From: an uncultured virus (IMG/VR IMGVR_UViG_3300042945_003839)
Lineage: Duplodnaviria; Heunggongvirae; Uroviricota; Caudoviricetes
Virus record (IMG/VR): IMGVR_UViG_3300042945_003839
Direction: 5' to 3' (one strand)
DNA: 64,000 nt
Shown in pieces: positions 55,801 to 64,000 of this stretch; positions within the stretch are counted from its first letter, which is position 1; every line of letters starts with the position of its first letter. The notes below the pieces were generated by a model. It was not told the DNA's origin and did no database searches. It saw nothing but the letters and a program-made list of their open reading frames with translations. The translations under genes were made by a program, and so were the position numbers.

Positions 55801-58780
55801 TTGCATCTATGTCAGGATCGCCTGGCCAAGCAGGTGTACTTAAGGGAAATACATCATAAGAACCAAAATAACTGTTGCCTATAGTCATGTATCCAGACGA
55901 TGGGAATGGACCAACATCTTGATAAAAACCGATTGCCAAAGAACTGGAGTCATTTGCAGTATCATGAATTCTAAAACCATTAGGATAAATCTGCTCTGGT
56001 ATGTATATGCTAGCATAAGAAGACGCTGTACTTCCAATACCTAATTCACCACCAAAAATGCTAGCAACACCACTCACAGTAAAAGATCCATGAACTGCAG
56101 TTGATGCGTTTCTAATAGTAGTTTTACCACCTGTACCACCAAGCAAAATAGTATTAGCAGCACCAAGCACATTTGCATTCGTAACTGTAGAATTCAGAAG
56201 ATTAAATGTAGTAGCAGTAGAAGTAATGTCTCCACCATTGACTGCAATATCTCCACTTGCGGTAACATTTCCAATAAGAGAAGAAGTGCCAGTTACTGAA
56301 AGTGTACTATTAAAGTGTCCAGCGCCTTGATGTACTGAAACACCTGTAACAGTAAGAGTATTGTTCATGTTCACTGCACCCTGCAATGTCGATGCACCTT
56401 GTAATGTTGTTACACCGGTAACCGTAAGAGTGTTGTTGGCATTTACTGCACCCTGGAGCGTAGAAGCACCCTGTAGCGTTGTGGAACCAGTGACAGTCAG
56501 AGTGCTGTTGGCATTTACTGCACCCTGCAGTGTCGATGCACCTTGTAGCGTAGAAACACCAGTGACAGTGAGAGTGCTATTAAATACACCAGCACCTTGA
56601 TGCACTGAGACGCCAGTAACAGTAAGAGTACCGTTGATATTTGTACCAGCATTACGAATTGTAGCAGCTCCGCCTGTACCACCTAGAACTATAGTATTAG
56701 CAGCGCCACCTATATTGAGACCTGTAACCGTAGCGTTAAGCAAATTGAAAGTAGTAGCAGTACTTGTAATGTCTCCACCTGCTACTTCTAAATCTCCAGT
56801 TAGAGTAAGATTAGAGCTATTTACTCTAGTTAAAGCAGAATCAGTAACTGTTGAACCAAGCGCAGTAGCTGATAGCACTGTTACGTTAGCAACTTTATAG
56901 GTATCGCCGGATGCAATACTAATATTTTCCGTTGACTCCCAGTTATTTCCAGTTGTGTTATATTGCCAACTAATACCGGTAGAGCCAAGAGTTATACCAG
57001 CACCATTTACTGCACTTGTTGTTGTCTGTCCATCCGCAAGAACTATGTTCAAATCGTCTATTGTGACAGTAGTAGAATTGACTGTGGTAGTTGCGCCATC
57101 AACCACAAGATTACCCTTGACGTTAACCGTAGATCCAGTTGTTCCAGTACCAAGATTGATAATTGCAGACGAAGATCCTATATTTACAGTATTAGCAGCA
57201 CCACCTATGTTTAGACCAGTAACTGTTGAATTAAGAAGATTAAACGTAGTTGCGGTGCTTGTAATGTCTCCACCGTTTACTGCAATGTCGTCAACAAATG
57301 TTGCTGCACCTGTGACCGAAAGTGTACTGTTAAAGGCACCAGCACCCTGATGCACTGAGACACCTGTAACAGTAAGAGTTCCATTGACTCTAGTACTAGC
57401 ATTACGTATCGTAGTAGAGCCACCAGCGGAGCCTAACACAACTGTGTCTGCTGCACCTAGTACGTTAGCATTTGTAACGGTAGTATTAAGTAAGTTAAAA
57501 GTAGTAGAAGCACTAGAAATAGTGTTTCCAAGTACACCTAAAGTACCCTGTAGAGTTGTAGCACCGGTAACAGTTAGATTATTATTAAGAGATACAGCAC
57601 CTTGTAAAACTGTTGCACCGGTTACAGTAAGAGTACTATTAGCATTTACAGCACCCTGTAGCGTAGAAGCGCCCTGAAGAGTTGTGACACCAGTAACGGT
57701 AAGAGTGCCATTAATGTTAGTGCCAGCATTTCTTATTGTAGTAGTCCCACCTGTGCCACCTAACAAGACAGTGTTAGCACCACCGCCAATATTAAGACCT
57801 GTAACTGTAGCATTTAATAAATTAAATGTAGTTGCAGTAGAAGTAATGTCTCCACCGTTTACTGCAATGTCGTCAACAAATGTTGCTGCACCTGTGACCG
57901 AAAGTGTACTGTTAAAGGCACCAGCACCTTGATGCACTGAGACACCGGTCACAGTGAGAGTACTGTTCATGTTCACAGCACCCTGCAATGTCGATGCACC
58001 TTGCAATGTGGTTGCACCAGTGACTGTAAGAGTGCTGTTGGCATTTACTGCACCCTGTAGTGTAGAAGCGCCAGTAACGGTGAGAGTTCCATTCACTCTA
58101 GTGCCAGCATTTCTTATCGTAGTGGTGCCATTTGCTGAGCCAATCACTACTGTGTCAGCACTTCCAAGAACGTTTGCATTGGTAACCGTGGTGTTGAGAA
58201 GATTAAACGTAGTAGCAGCACTGGTTACAGTGCCGCCATTAACTGTCATATTGCCAGTAACAATTGCCGAGTTGTTTATGGTGGTAGAACCCGTAGTAGA
58301 TGCAATATTAACAGAACTTCCAGAAGTCGTTCCTATATTGATAGTAGAAGCAGTATTTGTAACAAAATTAAAAATGGATGTAGTTGTTTGAATATTTCCA
58401 TTACTTAAAATAATGTTTCCATTAAAAGTTGCAGCTGAATTTGCATAAAAAGTTCCGTTTACATGCAACTTATAAGAGGCGCTTGTAACACCAACGGCAA
58501 CATTTCCAGAATAAGGGGCAAGAGCAACAGTGCCGTCAGCGTTGACATCTATGCTTGGAATACCAGATATGTCGTTTACACTAAATATAGAACCGGAGCT
58601 TAAAGAATCAGTGATAGACAACAACTGACCAGCAGAACCTTCAAAAGACAATGATCCTATTGTACTGTCTAAAACTTTTAAAGTAATAGGATCATTACCC
58701 TGACCAGTGAATATGATCTGAGGCTGCCCAGTAAGGCTCCTGTTGGGTATAATAGAGATATTTTTATCAGAGTCTGCCAT
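52889..58780 (-). CDS. Long repetitive tail fibre protein (1963 aa)
   Basis: Thr/Gly/Asn-rich repeats (NSTLTVTG.TTLQGA; VSVHQGAG.FN; DIAVNGGDITSTATTFNLLN); fibre modules GSIFSVNDISGIPSI and SNYVGFKSP...LP..DG..GQ.L.TDG. Confidence 0.85.
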   Translation of the reverse strand: MADSDKNISIIPNRSLTGQPQIIFTGQGNDPITLKVLDSTIGSLSFEGSAGQLLSITDSLSSGSIFSVNDISGIPSIDVNADGTVALAPYSGNVAVGVTSASYKLHVNGTFYANSAATFNGNIILSNGNIQTTTSIFNFVTNTASTINIGTTSGSSVNIASTTGSTTINNSAIVTGNMTVNGGTVTSAATTFNLLNTTVTNANVLGSADTVVIGSANGTTTIRNAGTRVNGTLTVTGASTLQGAVNANSTLTVTGATTLQGASTLQGAVNMNSTLTVTGVSVHQGAGAFNSTLSVTGAATFVDDIAVNGGDITSTATTFNLLNATVTGLNIGGGANTVLLGGTGGTTTIRNAGTNINGTLTVTGVTTLQGASTLQGAVNANSTLTVTGATVLQGAVSLNNNLTVTGATTLQGTLGVLGNTISSASTTFNLLNTTVTNANVLGAADTVVLGSAGGSTTIRNASTRVNGTLTVTGVSVHQGAGAFNSTLSVTGAATFVDDIAVNGGDITSTATTFNLLNSTVTGLNIGGAANTVNIGSSSAIINLGTGTTGSTVNVKGNLVVDGATTTVNSTTVTIDDLNIVLADGQTTTSAVNGAGITLGSTGISWQYNTTGNNWESTENISIASGDTYKVANVTVLSATALGSTVTDSALTRVNSSNLTLTGDLEVAGGDITSTATTFNLLNATVTGLNIGGAANTIVLGGTGGAATIRNAGTNINGTLTVTGVSVHQGAGVFNSTLTVTGVSTLQGASTLQGAVNANSTLTVTGSTTLQGASTLQGAVNANNTLTVTGVTTLQGASTLQGAVNMNNTLTVTGVSVHQGAGHFNSTLSVTGTSSLIGNVTASGDIAVNGGDITSTATTFNLLNSTVTNANVLGAANTILLGGTGGKTTIRNASTAVHGSFTVSGVASIFGGELGIGSTASSYASIYIPEQIYPNGFRIHDTANDSSSLAIGFYQDVGPFPSSGYMTIGNSYFGSYDVFPLSTPAWPGDPDIDANLTLNIGLGGTGAATNTGFSVIKTINIGGSTGTGNTTLINIGSATGTSNNLTVVHGNMTTTGSVVTRNLTVLGGTVTSTATTFNLLNTTVTNANVLGAANTIVLGGTGGTATIRNAGTNINGTLTVTGVSVHQGAGVFNSTLTVTGVTTLQGASTLQGAVNMNSTLNVTSSATFLSMTAKENASNTRISASVNSIQGYFSSESNPRFEINRDMLSSGQAGIGFNDTSGTIAASGGAIGVPITRVLGLYTSNGSSLVQRMAIDPNGAVNMHGTLTVTGASVHQGAGHFNSTLSVTGTSALIGDVTASGDIAVNGGDITSTATTFNLLNSTVTGLNIGGASNTVILGGTGGSATIRNATTAINGILTVTGASTFTGVLSATTITSTDLLLRTVGGDEGGQLELGTAATNSTLTGGAVVIDVYQNKVRFFEKGAASRGYYIDISGGAAGAGTNLVGGGGGTPGGSTTQVQYNNGGAFAGSGNFTFDGSGINVNGLISSGLGITTTATTFNFITNTASTINIGTTSGSTISIGSASGTTTIRNAGTNINGTFTVTGVSTLQGASTLQGAVNMNSTLTVTGVSVHQGAGHFNSTLTVSGATQIVSSATGTAPFTITAPSLVDGVGALRINGSEPDINLNDTDGGFNTITFENNSNARAAIGRDSNNAFYVAVRDPSVAGGTWKGDVIVANSSTGNVNLGYNLTVTGATVLQGAVSMNSALTVTGGTALIGGISGNLGVQGNISLGTGTISSSSSTIANIFNSTVTSISIGDAANVINIGSTNANINLGGGIVGATVTMNGDLVQNGDSVSLFGGNMSGLFTNTKSGVFTVFTVSTGDLFAIEPDPASLGLEFVFGGVSNTFIGDYSAQGNSTYIKVDDQNNVINFNAPIGSNFGTVITSNDHFGVNLQKEIRFYDLDSSNYVGFKSPATVTANNIWILPAQDGAAGQLLTTDGADNLTWTTPPALDLFLFSQGII
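57261..57928. repeat. Identical 86-bp direct repeat inside the fibre gene
   Basis: GTAATGTCTCCACCGTTTACTGCAATGTCG...AAAGGCACCAGCACC at 57261-57346 and 57843-57928. Confidence 0.85.
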
Positions 58781-58781
58781 A

Positions 58782-59036
58782 TTAATTTATTATGTTAAAA
58801 TCTTTCCAATCTGAAGTTGACAAAATACTTAATATTTCAGAATGAGAATACGGACCTTCTTTTGTTAACAATGTTGAAATAAACGATGGATCAGAACCTT
58901 CCCATTTGATAAACGTCTTACTACCATCTAAAGATTTTCTCATACTATCAGCGGAAGTTTCTAAAATTTCAGAAAAAATTATTTTATTAATTTCTGAAAC
59001 ATTAAAAATTAAATATTTTCTATCTTCATATAACAT
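58782..59036 (-). CDS. Small conserved-type phage protein associated with fibres
   Basis: RKS.DGSKTFIKW.G..P...EGPYSHSEIL.IL...DW pattern. Confidence 0.65.
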   Translation of the reverse strand: MLYEDRKYLIFNVSEINKIIFSEILETSADSMRKSLDGSKTFIKWEGSDPSFISTLLTKEGPYSHSEILSILSTSDWKDFNIIN

Positions 59037-59059
59037 TTAATTAAAACTCCAAAAACATT

Positions 59060-59215
59060 TTAAGGACCATTTTGATTCAACTCATCTAAATATGAAATGC
59101 ATTCTTGCTCTGTTACTCCATTGAACAGCACGTTACCATTAGAATCAACTACCTGATAGATTGGCTCACTAATAGAAGAATTTATTAAAAAATTGTCGTT
59201 TCTTATTATATTCAT
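59060..59215 (-). CDS. Small hypothetical protein (51 aa, below the ORF-track cutoff)
   Basis: ATGA overlap with the upstream LamG gene; MNIIRNDNF...YQVVDSNGNVLFNGVTEQECISYLDELNQNGP*. Confidence 0.6.
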   Translation of the reverse strand: MNIIRNDNFLINSSISEPIYQVVDSNGNVLFNGVTEQECISYLDELNQNGP

Positions 59216-59832
59216 AATCGATTTTTTAGTAAATCATACATGTTTGTAATTTCACTATCAGATAAGTCTTTATTATAAAATTTTACCATTTCCACCTTAT
59301 GTATATTACTTCTTCCAAGAACATTACCATCTATTAATATATTGCTGCTACCAGACCCCAAAGTACCACTGCCAGTCCTTACTCCGACTTTAGATCTATT
59401 TATCCACAATTGACCACCTAACGAAGAACTGTACTGCAAAGCAACAAAGTATGTTGTGTTTTGACTTGCCTTAAATTGACCGCTAATTCCCTGCCACACA
59501 CCTCCTGCATTAGCGTACCAACCTAGAAGATTTTCATTCTGTGGAGCTGTGCCTAAATAATTTTGAAAGTGATAAAATACAAAACTTGCGTCATTAGTTC
59601 CACTATTCCATTTATTTACGGGATGGTACGCATATTGCGTATTAGATCCAATAATTCTTATGATTACAATCACTGTTAATGCAGTAGCTCCATTAGACCA
59701 AGATGGATTCCCCAAGTTTTGCAAATCTATTAAATTGTAAAAAGTATCTCCAGAAAATGACTTTCTATTTCTAGAGTCTAAAGACATAGCTAAGTTTGAG
59801 CGAACTATGTTGGGACCAGAATGAACTCCCAT
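59212..59832 (-). CDS. LamG-like protein
   Basis: GPNIV..NL..SLD..N.KS start; YNKDLSDSEI..MY...K.R end. Confidence 0.75.
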   Translation of the reverse strand: MGVHSGPNIVRSNLAMSLDSRNRKSFSGDTFYNLIDLQNLGNPSWSNGATALTVIVIIRIIGSNTQYAYHPVNKWNSGTNDASFVFYHFQNYLGTAPQNENLLGWYANAGGVWQGISGQFKASQNTTYFVALQYSSSLGGQLWINRSKVGVRTGSGTLGSGSSNILIDGNVLGRSNIHKVEMVKFYNKDLSDSEITNMYDLLKNRL

Positions 59833-60503
59833 TATAAACCAAACCTTCCACGAAGAGCGTTAAAATTTTGTAAAATTTCTTGTGGAGACAAAGCTCTGTT
59901 GTATATAAAAACATTAGAAACATCTCCGTTTAGATAGCGCTCTAATCCATCATCTTTACCAATAGTAGTATCTCCAGTATCAGAATTTAGTGTAGACACT
60001 ACAGATTGTTGACCTGACTGAGATCCATTTAAAAATATCCTAAAGTCTCCACTATTGTAAGTCATGGCATAATTATTAAAAACAGTTATAGAATTAGGAA
60101 CAACTGTTTGTTGAGCCCAGGCCGGAGTAGAAACTCTGACATAGTAAATAACATCTTTTGAATTTAAACTTGGATGAATTATAAATTGATCTCTTTTTGA
60201 GACTAACTGACCAACATCATCCCATAGAGCAGTATTAGATTTACACCATATAGAAACAGTTAGCTGATTGGTTGTAGAAAAGTCAAATAAACCCGGAACA
60301 TTTACATAATCATTCGTACCATCAAACGTCAATAATCCTCCATTAGAACTGCTAAAACCAACGCCGTTTATCAAAGTTCCAGAAGTAGATCCAGTCAGAT
60401 TAGACCAATTAGTGCCAGTACCAGGATAACTTTTTAAGTTTGCTGCATCTAAACACAAAATCAAACCTTCAGTAACAATTGAAGGTGAGTGGGAAAGCGC
60501 CAT
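59832..60503 (-). CDS. LamG/concanavalin A-like protein
   Basis: PSIVTEGLILCLDAAN.KSYPG, FDGTNDYV, YNRALSPQEILQNFNALRGRFGL. Confidence 0.85.
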   Translation of the reverse strand: MALSHSPSIVTEGLILCLDAANLKSYPGTGTNWSNLTGSTSGTLINGVGFSSSNGGLLTFDGTNDYVNVPGLFDFSTTNQLTVSIWCKSNTALWDDVGQLVSKRDQFIIHPSLNSKDVIYYVRVSTPAWAQQTVVPNSITVFNNYAMTYNSGDFRIFLNGSQSGQQSVVSTLNSDTGDTTIGKDDGLERYLNGDVSNVFIYNRALSPQEILQNFNALRGRFGL

Positions 60504-61198
60504 TAGATACCGAACCTTCCTCTGAGAGCGTTAAAATTTTTAATAACTTGTTCATCATTAATTTGAGAACCATAAATTTTTATTGCAAATATTTTGCCAT
60601 AAAAATAATACGTACCAGCATTAAATGAAATATAATTTGTACTACTTTGAGAATTAAGCGTTGCATGACCGGAAGTGGATGCAATAGCATTTTTTTTGAC
60701 ACCATCAACCCATATGTCATAATTAGATCCATTCCAATTATAAACCCAATTATGATAACCAGCTGGAATAGTTATATTTAAATAGGTATATTTTCCTCCA
60801 CTTAAAATGTGTAAAGTCTCATTAGTCATAACTCCATCCCATCCACCCAAATTTAAACCTAAACCAGAAAGATTTCTAAACAAACTTTGATAAGTTGAAG
60901 GACCACCAACGCTACCATTATTGGCATTTATTTGAGAATTATTATACACCCAAAAGTCTAAACAATATGGGGTGTAAGTAAAAGCATCTATAGTCGCATG
61001 ATCGTCTACTCCATCAAAATCAAATGCACCACCATTGGTAGAACTAAAAGTAGGACTATTAACAAGTGTAGCGTTTCTTAAATTTCCAGTTAAATCATTC
61101 CATTTTGTACCTCCAACAGAATAACTTTTGACGTTTGCTGCATCAAAATAAATCACTAAACCATCAGTTACTATTCCGGGATTGTACAAAGTAGCCAT
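60503..61198 (-). CDS. LamG/concanavalin A-like protein
   Basis: PGIVTDGLV.YFDAAN.KSY, FDGVDD, NFNALRGRFGI. Confidence 0.85.
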   Translation of the reverse strand: MATLYNPGIVTDGLVIYFDAANVKSYSVGGTKWNDLTGNLRNATLVNSPTFSSTNGGAFDFDGVDDHATIDAFTYTPYCLDFWVYNNSQINANNGSVGGPSTYQSLFRNLSGLGLNLGGWDGVMTNETLHILSGGKYTYLNITIPAGYHNWVYNWNGSNYDIWVDGVKKNAIASTSGHATLNSQSSTNYISFNAGTYYFYGKIFAIKIYGSQINDEQVIKNFNALRGRFGI

Positions 61199-61234
61199 GA
61201 AAAATAATACCTTTCTATCAACAACCGCTATAGT

Positions 61235-64000
61235 CTATTTTACTATTTTTCTTTCCACCTCAATTTTTGGTACATCCTTACGTTCAGCCTGCACCAGATA
61301 GAAGCAACGAACATTTCCAGAATCACTATTGATTTTTATTTTCTTATTATTAAATTTTACAACATAGTGAGAGTCAGAGCTTCCAATAGGAGTCAATTGC
61401 ACAGTAATAGAATCTTCATGTACAAGATCTTTCCAGTAATATGGAAGAATTATTTCTTTACTGCCTTCTAGTCTTCCACGTATATACACTCCATTCTCTG
61501 GGCCTTCCAAACATGCATATTCTAATTTCATGTTTTTCTTAGAAGGATGGTCAATCAAGAATGACTTTTTAACTGCGTAAAAATTACCTGCAACCGTAAC
61601 GTCTCCTCCAGAAGCTCCTATATTAATAGTTGCTGCTGCTCCACCCATATTGAGACCAGTTACTGTAGCATTGAGTAAATTGAACGTTGTAGCTGTAGAA
61701 GTAATGTCTCCACCATTTACAGCAAGGTCTCCAGCAAGAGTCAACAAATCAGTATTTGGATTATACTGTATGTTTGTACCACCATCTATAAACAAAGTTG
61801 CAGATGTACTTGTTGCAGATGCATCAGTAAATACAAGATTATAGCTTGAGCTTGCACTTGTTGCAGTAACGCCAACAGACGCAGATGATGCTGCAGCAGA
61901 CCATGACAAAACTCCAGCAGTTGTAGATTGAAGTACATGTCCATTAGATGCAGGGAATGCGGAAGGAAGAGTATACACCAAATCTGCAGTCATTGCCTGA
62001 GCTTTAAATCCAGTATAATTAGAACCACCTGATTCGAGAATTCTGATTTCACCAGGCTGAGGACTACCACCAGAATCAGTATAATCGCCAAGCAAAAGCG
62101 GTGCTCCACTGATAGAAGTAGCGCCGCCTTGACCTCCATTTTGTATTGTAAGAGATCCAGTAGTGCCAGAGCCTGCTACACTACTTGTAGGAGTAACTAC
62201 AAAATTACCATTTGGAATAATTGAAAGATTGTTAGTAGAACCAGTAACTGTTCTCATGGTAGTGGCAGATGCACTACCCAGTGTAATGTTACTATTTCTA
62301 ATATGAGCAGTTCCAGTAGCAGCTGCGCCCATAACAATGACATTAGCAGCGCCAAGCACATTTGCATTTGTAACTGTAGTGTTTAATAAATTAAATGTGG
62401 TAGAACTAGAAGTAATTGTACCTCCATTTGCGAGAATAGCGCTTTGGAATGTAGAAACGCCAGTTACTGTAAGAGTGCTATTGGCAGACAAAGCACCCTG
62501 TATAACTGTAGCGCCTGTCACAGTGAGAGTTCCGTTTATGTTAGTACCAGCGTTTCTTATAGTAGAGGTTCCGCCTGTTCCACCTATAACTACAATATTT
62601 GCAGCACCAAGCACATTTGCATTTGTAACTGTAGCATTTAATAAATTAAATGTAGTAGCAGTACTTGTAATGTCTCCACCGTTTACTGCTATATCATCAA
62701 CAAATGTAGCAGCTCCTGTCACTGAAAGAGTACTATTAAAGGCACCAGCACCTTGGTGTACTGAGACACCAGTGACAGTGAGAGTACTGTTCATGTTCAC
62801 AGCACCCTGCAATGTCGATGCACCCTGAAGTGTTGTGATACCAGTAACAGTGAGAGTACTGTTAGCATTTACTGCACCCTGAAGCGTAGAAGCACCTTGC
62901 AATGTGGTGACGCCGGTTACGGTAAGAGTACTATTAAACGAACCGGCACCTTGATGCACTGAGACACCTGTAACAGTAAGAGTACCGTTAATGTTTGTAC
63001 CAGCATTACGAATTGTAGTAGTGCCGCTTGCACTTCCTATAGAAATTGTACTTCCAGATGTAGTTCCAATATTTATTATAGATGAAGTATTGGTAATAAA
63101 ATTAAAAGTAGTTGCTGTGGTCTCAATATCTCCGCCATTAACATAAAGATCTCCAGTTAGAGTTAGAGAAGTTCCTGTAATATTTGTGAATACAGGATTA
63201 GTTAAAGTGGCGCTATTTAAAGTTGGAGAATCTTGCCTTACGACACTGCCAGTTCCGCTATTTGCAGTCCAAACTGGAGCTGATGTGGTTGCTGTCAAAA
63301 CATGATTTGCTGACCCAATAGCAAGCTTAGTCAATGCAGTTCCAGCAGCATAATAAACCATATCTCCAGCAGTATAGGAAGTAATTCCAGTCCCACCGTA
63401 GTCTGATTTTATTGAAGTACCTTGCCAAGTACCAATTCCTATAGTTCCGACCTGAATCAAAGATGACGAAGTGATCGTAGAACCTAAAGTTGTATTAGAT
63501 AGAACTGAAGTATTGGCAATTTTATAAGTTTTACCAGATGCAATACTTATGTTTTCAGTTGATTCCCAGTTGTTTCCAGTTGTATTATATTGCCAATTAA
63601 TACCAGTAGAACCAAGAGTTATTCCAGCTCCATTTACTGCACTCGTGGTAGTCTGTCCATCTGCAAGAACGATATTCAAATCATCAATGGTAACAGTAGT
63701 GGAATTTACTGTAGTGGTTGAGCCATCAACAACAAGATTGCCTCTAACGTTAACTGTAGCACCAGTTGTTCCAGTACCAAGATTAATAACAGCTGTTGTA
63801 GATCCTATATTGACTGTATTAGCACCACCACCAATATTAAGACCAGTAACAGTAGTATTCAAAAGATTAAAAGTAGTGGCCGTAGAAGTAATGTCTCCAC
63901 CGTTCACAGCTATGTCATCAACAAACGTAGCAGCTCCTGTCACTGAAAGAGTACTATTAAAGGCACCAGCACCTTGGTGTACTGAGACACCAGTGACAGT
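61235..64000 (-). CDS. Second repetitive tail fibre protein, partial (starts beyond the right edge)
   Basis: Frame open to 64000; same repeats as 52889..58780; C-terminal KSFLIDHP...LEGPE.GVY.RG...AERKD domain typical of fibre chaperone-like ends. Confidence 0.85.
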   Translation of the reverse strand, partial: TVTGVSVHQGAGAFNSTLSVTGAATFVDDIAVNGGDITSTATTFNLLNTTVTGLNIGGGANTVNIGSTTAVINLGTGTTGATVNVRGNLVVDGSTTTVNSTTVTIDDLNIVLADGQTTTSAVNGAGITLGSTGINWQYNTTGNNWESTENISIASGKTYKIANTSVLSNTTLGSTITSSSLIQVGTIGIGTWQGTSIKSDYGGTGITSYTAGDMVYYAAGTALTKLAIGSANHVLTATTSAPVWTANSGTGSVVRQDSPTLNSATLTNPVFTNITGTSLTLTGDLYVNGGDIETTATTFNFITNTSSIINIGTTSGSTISIGSASGTTTIRNAGTNINGTLTVTGVSVHQGAGSFNSTLTVTGVTTLQGASTLQGAVNANSTLTVTGITTLQGASTLQGAVNMNSTLTVTGVSVHQGAGAFNSTLSVTGAATFVDDIAVNGGDITSTATTFNLLNATVTNANVLGAANIVVIGGTGGTSTIRNAGTNINGTLTVTGATVIQGALSANSTLTVTGVSTFQSAILANGGTITSSSTTFNLLNTTVTNANVLGAANVIVMGAAATGTAHIRNSNITLGSASATTMRTVTGSTNNLSIIPNGNFVVTPTSSVAGSGTTGSLTIQNGGQGGATSISGAPLLLGDYTDSGGSPQPGEIRILESGGSNYTGFKAQAMTADLVYTLPSAFPASNGHVLQSTTAGVLSWSAAASSASVGVTATSASSSYNLVFTDASATSTSATLFIDGGTNIQYNPNTDLLTLAGDLAVNGGDITSTATTFNLLNATVTGLNMGGAAATINIGASGGDVTVAGNFYAVKKSFLIDHPSKKNMKLEYACLEGPENGVYIRGRLEGSKEIILPYYWKDLVHEDSITVQLTPIGSSDSHYVVKFNNKKIKINSDSGNVRCFYLVQAERKDVPKIEVERKIVK

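Noticed and set aside
1325..62828. Many short plus-strand and alternate-frame ORFs in the track (e.g. 28056..28598, 28720..29244, 32465..32932, 56955..57350)
   Set aside because: They are shadows of long minus-strand genes caused by codon bias and repeats, with no motifs of their own.
52889..64000. CRISPR array or DGR template/variable repeats
   Set aside because: Repeats are in-frame coding units varying mostly at third positions, with no unique spacers, no adenine-specific mismatches and no reverse transcriptase in the window.

Overview
This 64 kb window is the virion morphogenesis region of a large, AT-rich tailed bacteriophage (Caudoviricetes, probably a jumbo/huge phage with a bacterial host, standard code 11). 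All but one gene is on the minus strand. In transcription order (right to left): two repetitive tail fibres with LamG and Gly-rich receptor-binding paralogues; a methyltransferase and a glycosyltransferase; terminase large subunit; a block of small putative internal-head proteins; portal fused to a DUF559-like nuclease; a 1923-aa prohead protease/scaffold polyprotein; decoration protein; HK97-fold major capsid protein with a terminator; CCA-adding enzyme; glycosyltransferases; subtilase; CHRD-like protein; PhoH; a volactin-like actin; neck proteins; tail tube; frameshifted tail chaperones; tape measure; and large tail-tip proteins. The most striking unexplained pattern is a K-x-A-[S/Q] motif, sometimes extended to FNLxKxAQ or NWYKxA. 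It saturates head-associated proteins, sits at domain boundaries, tags the N-terminus of the CCA-adding enzyme, and is nearly absent from tail proteins. This suggests a protease-cleavable capsid cargo-addressing system. Other notable items: a ~55-aa module shared by four unrelated proteins, a possible second -1 frameshift in the head region, and two candidate promoter classes. All family assignments come from motif recognition by eye, not database searches.
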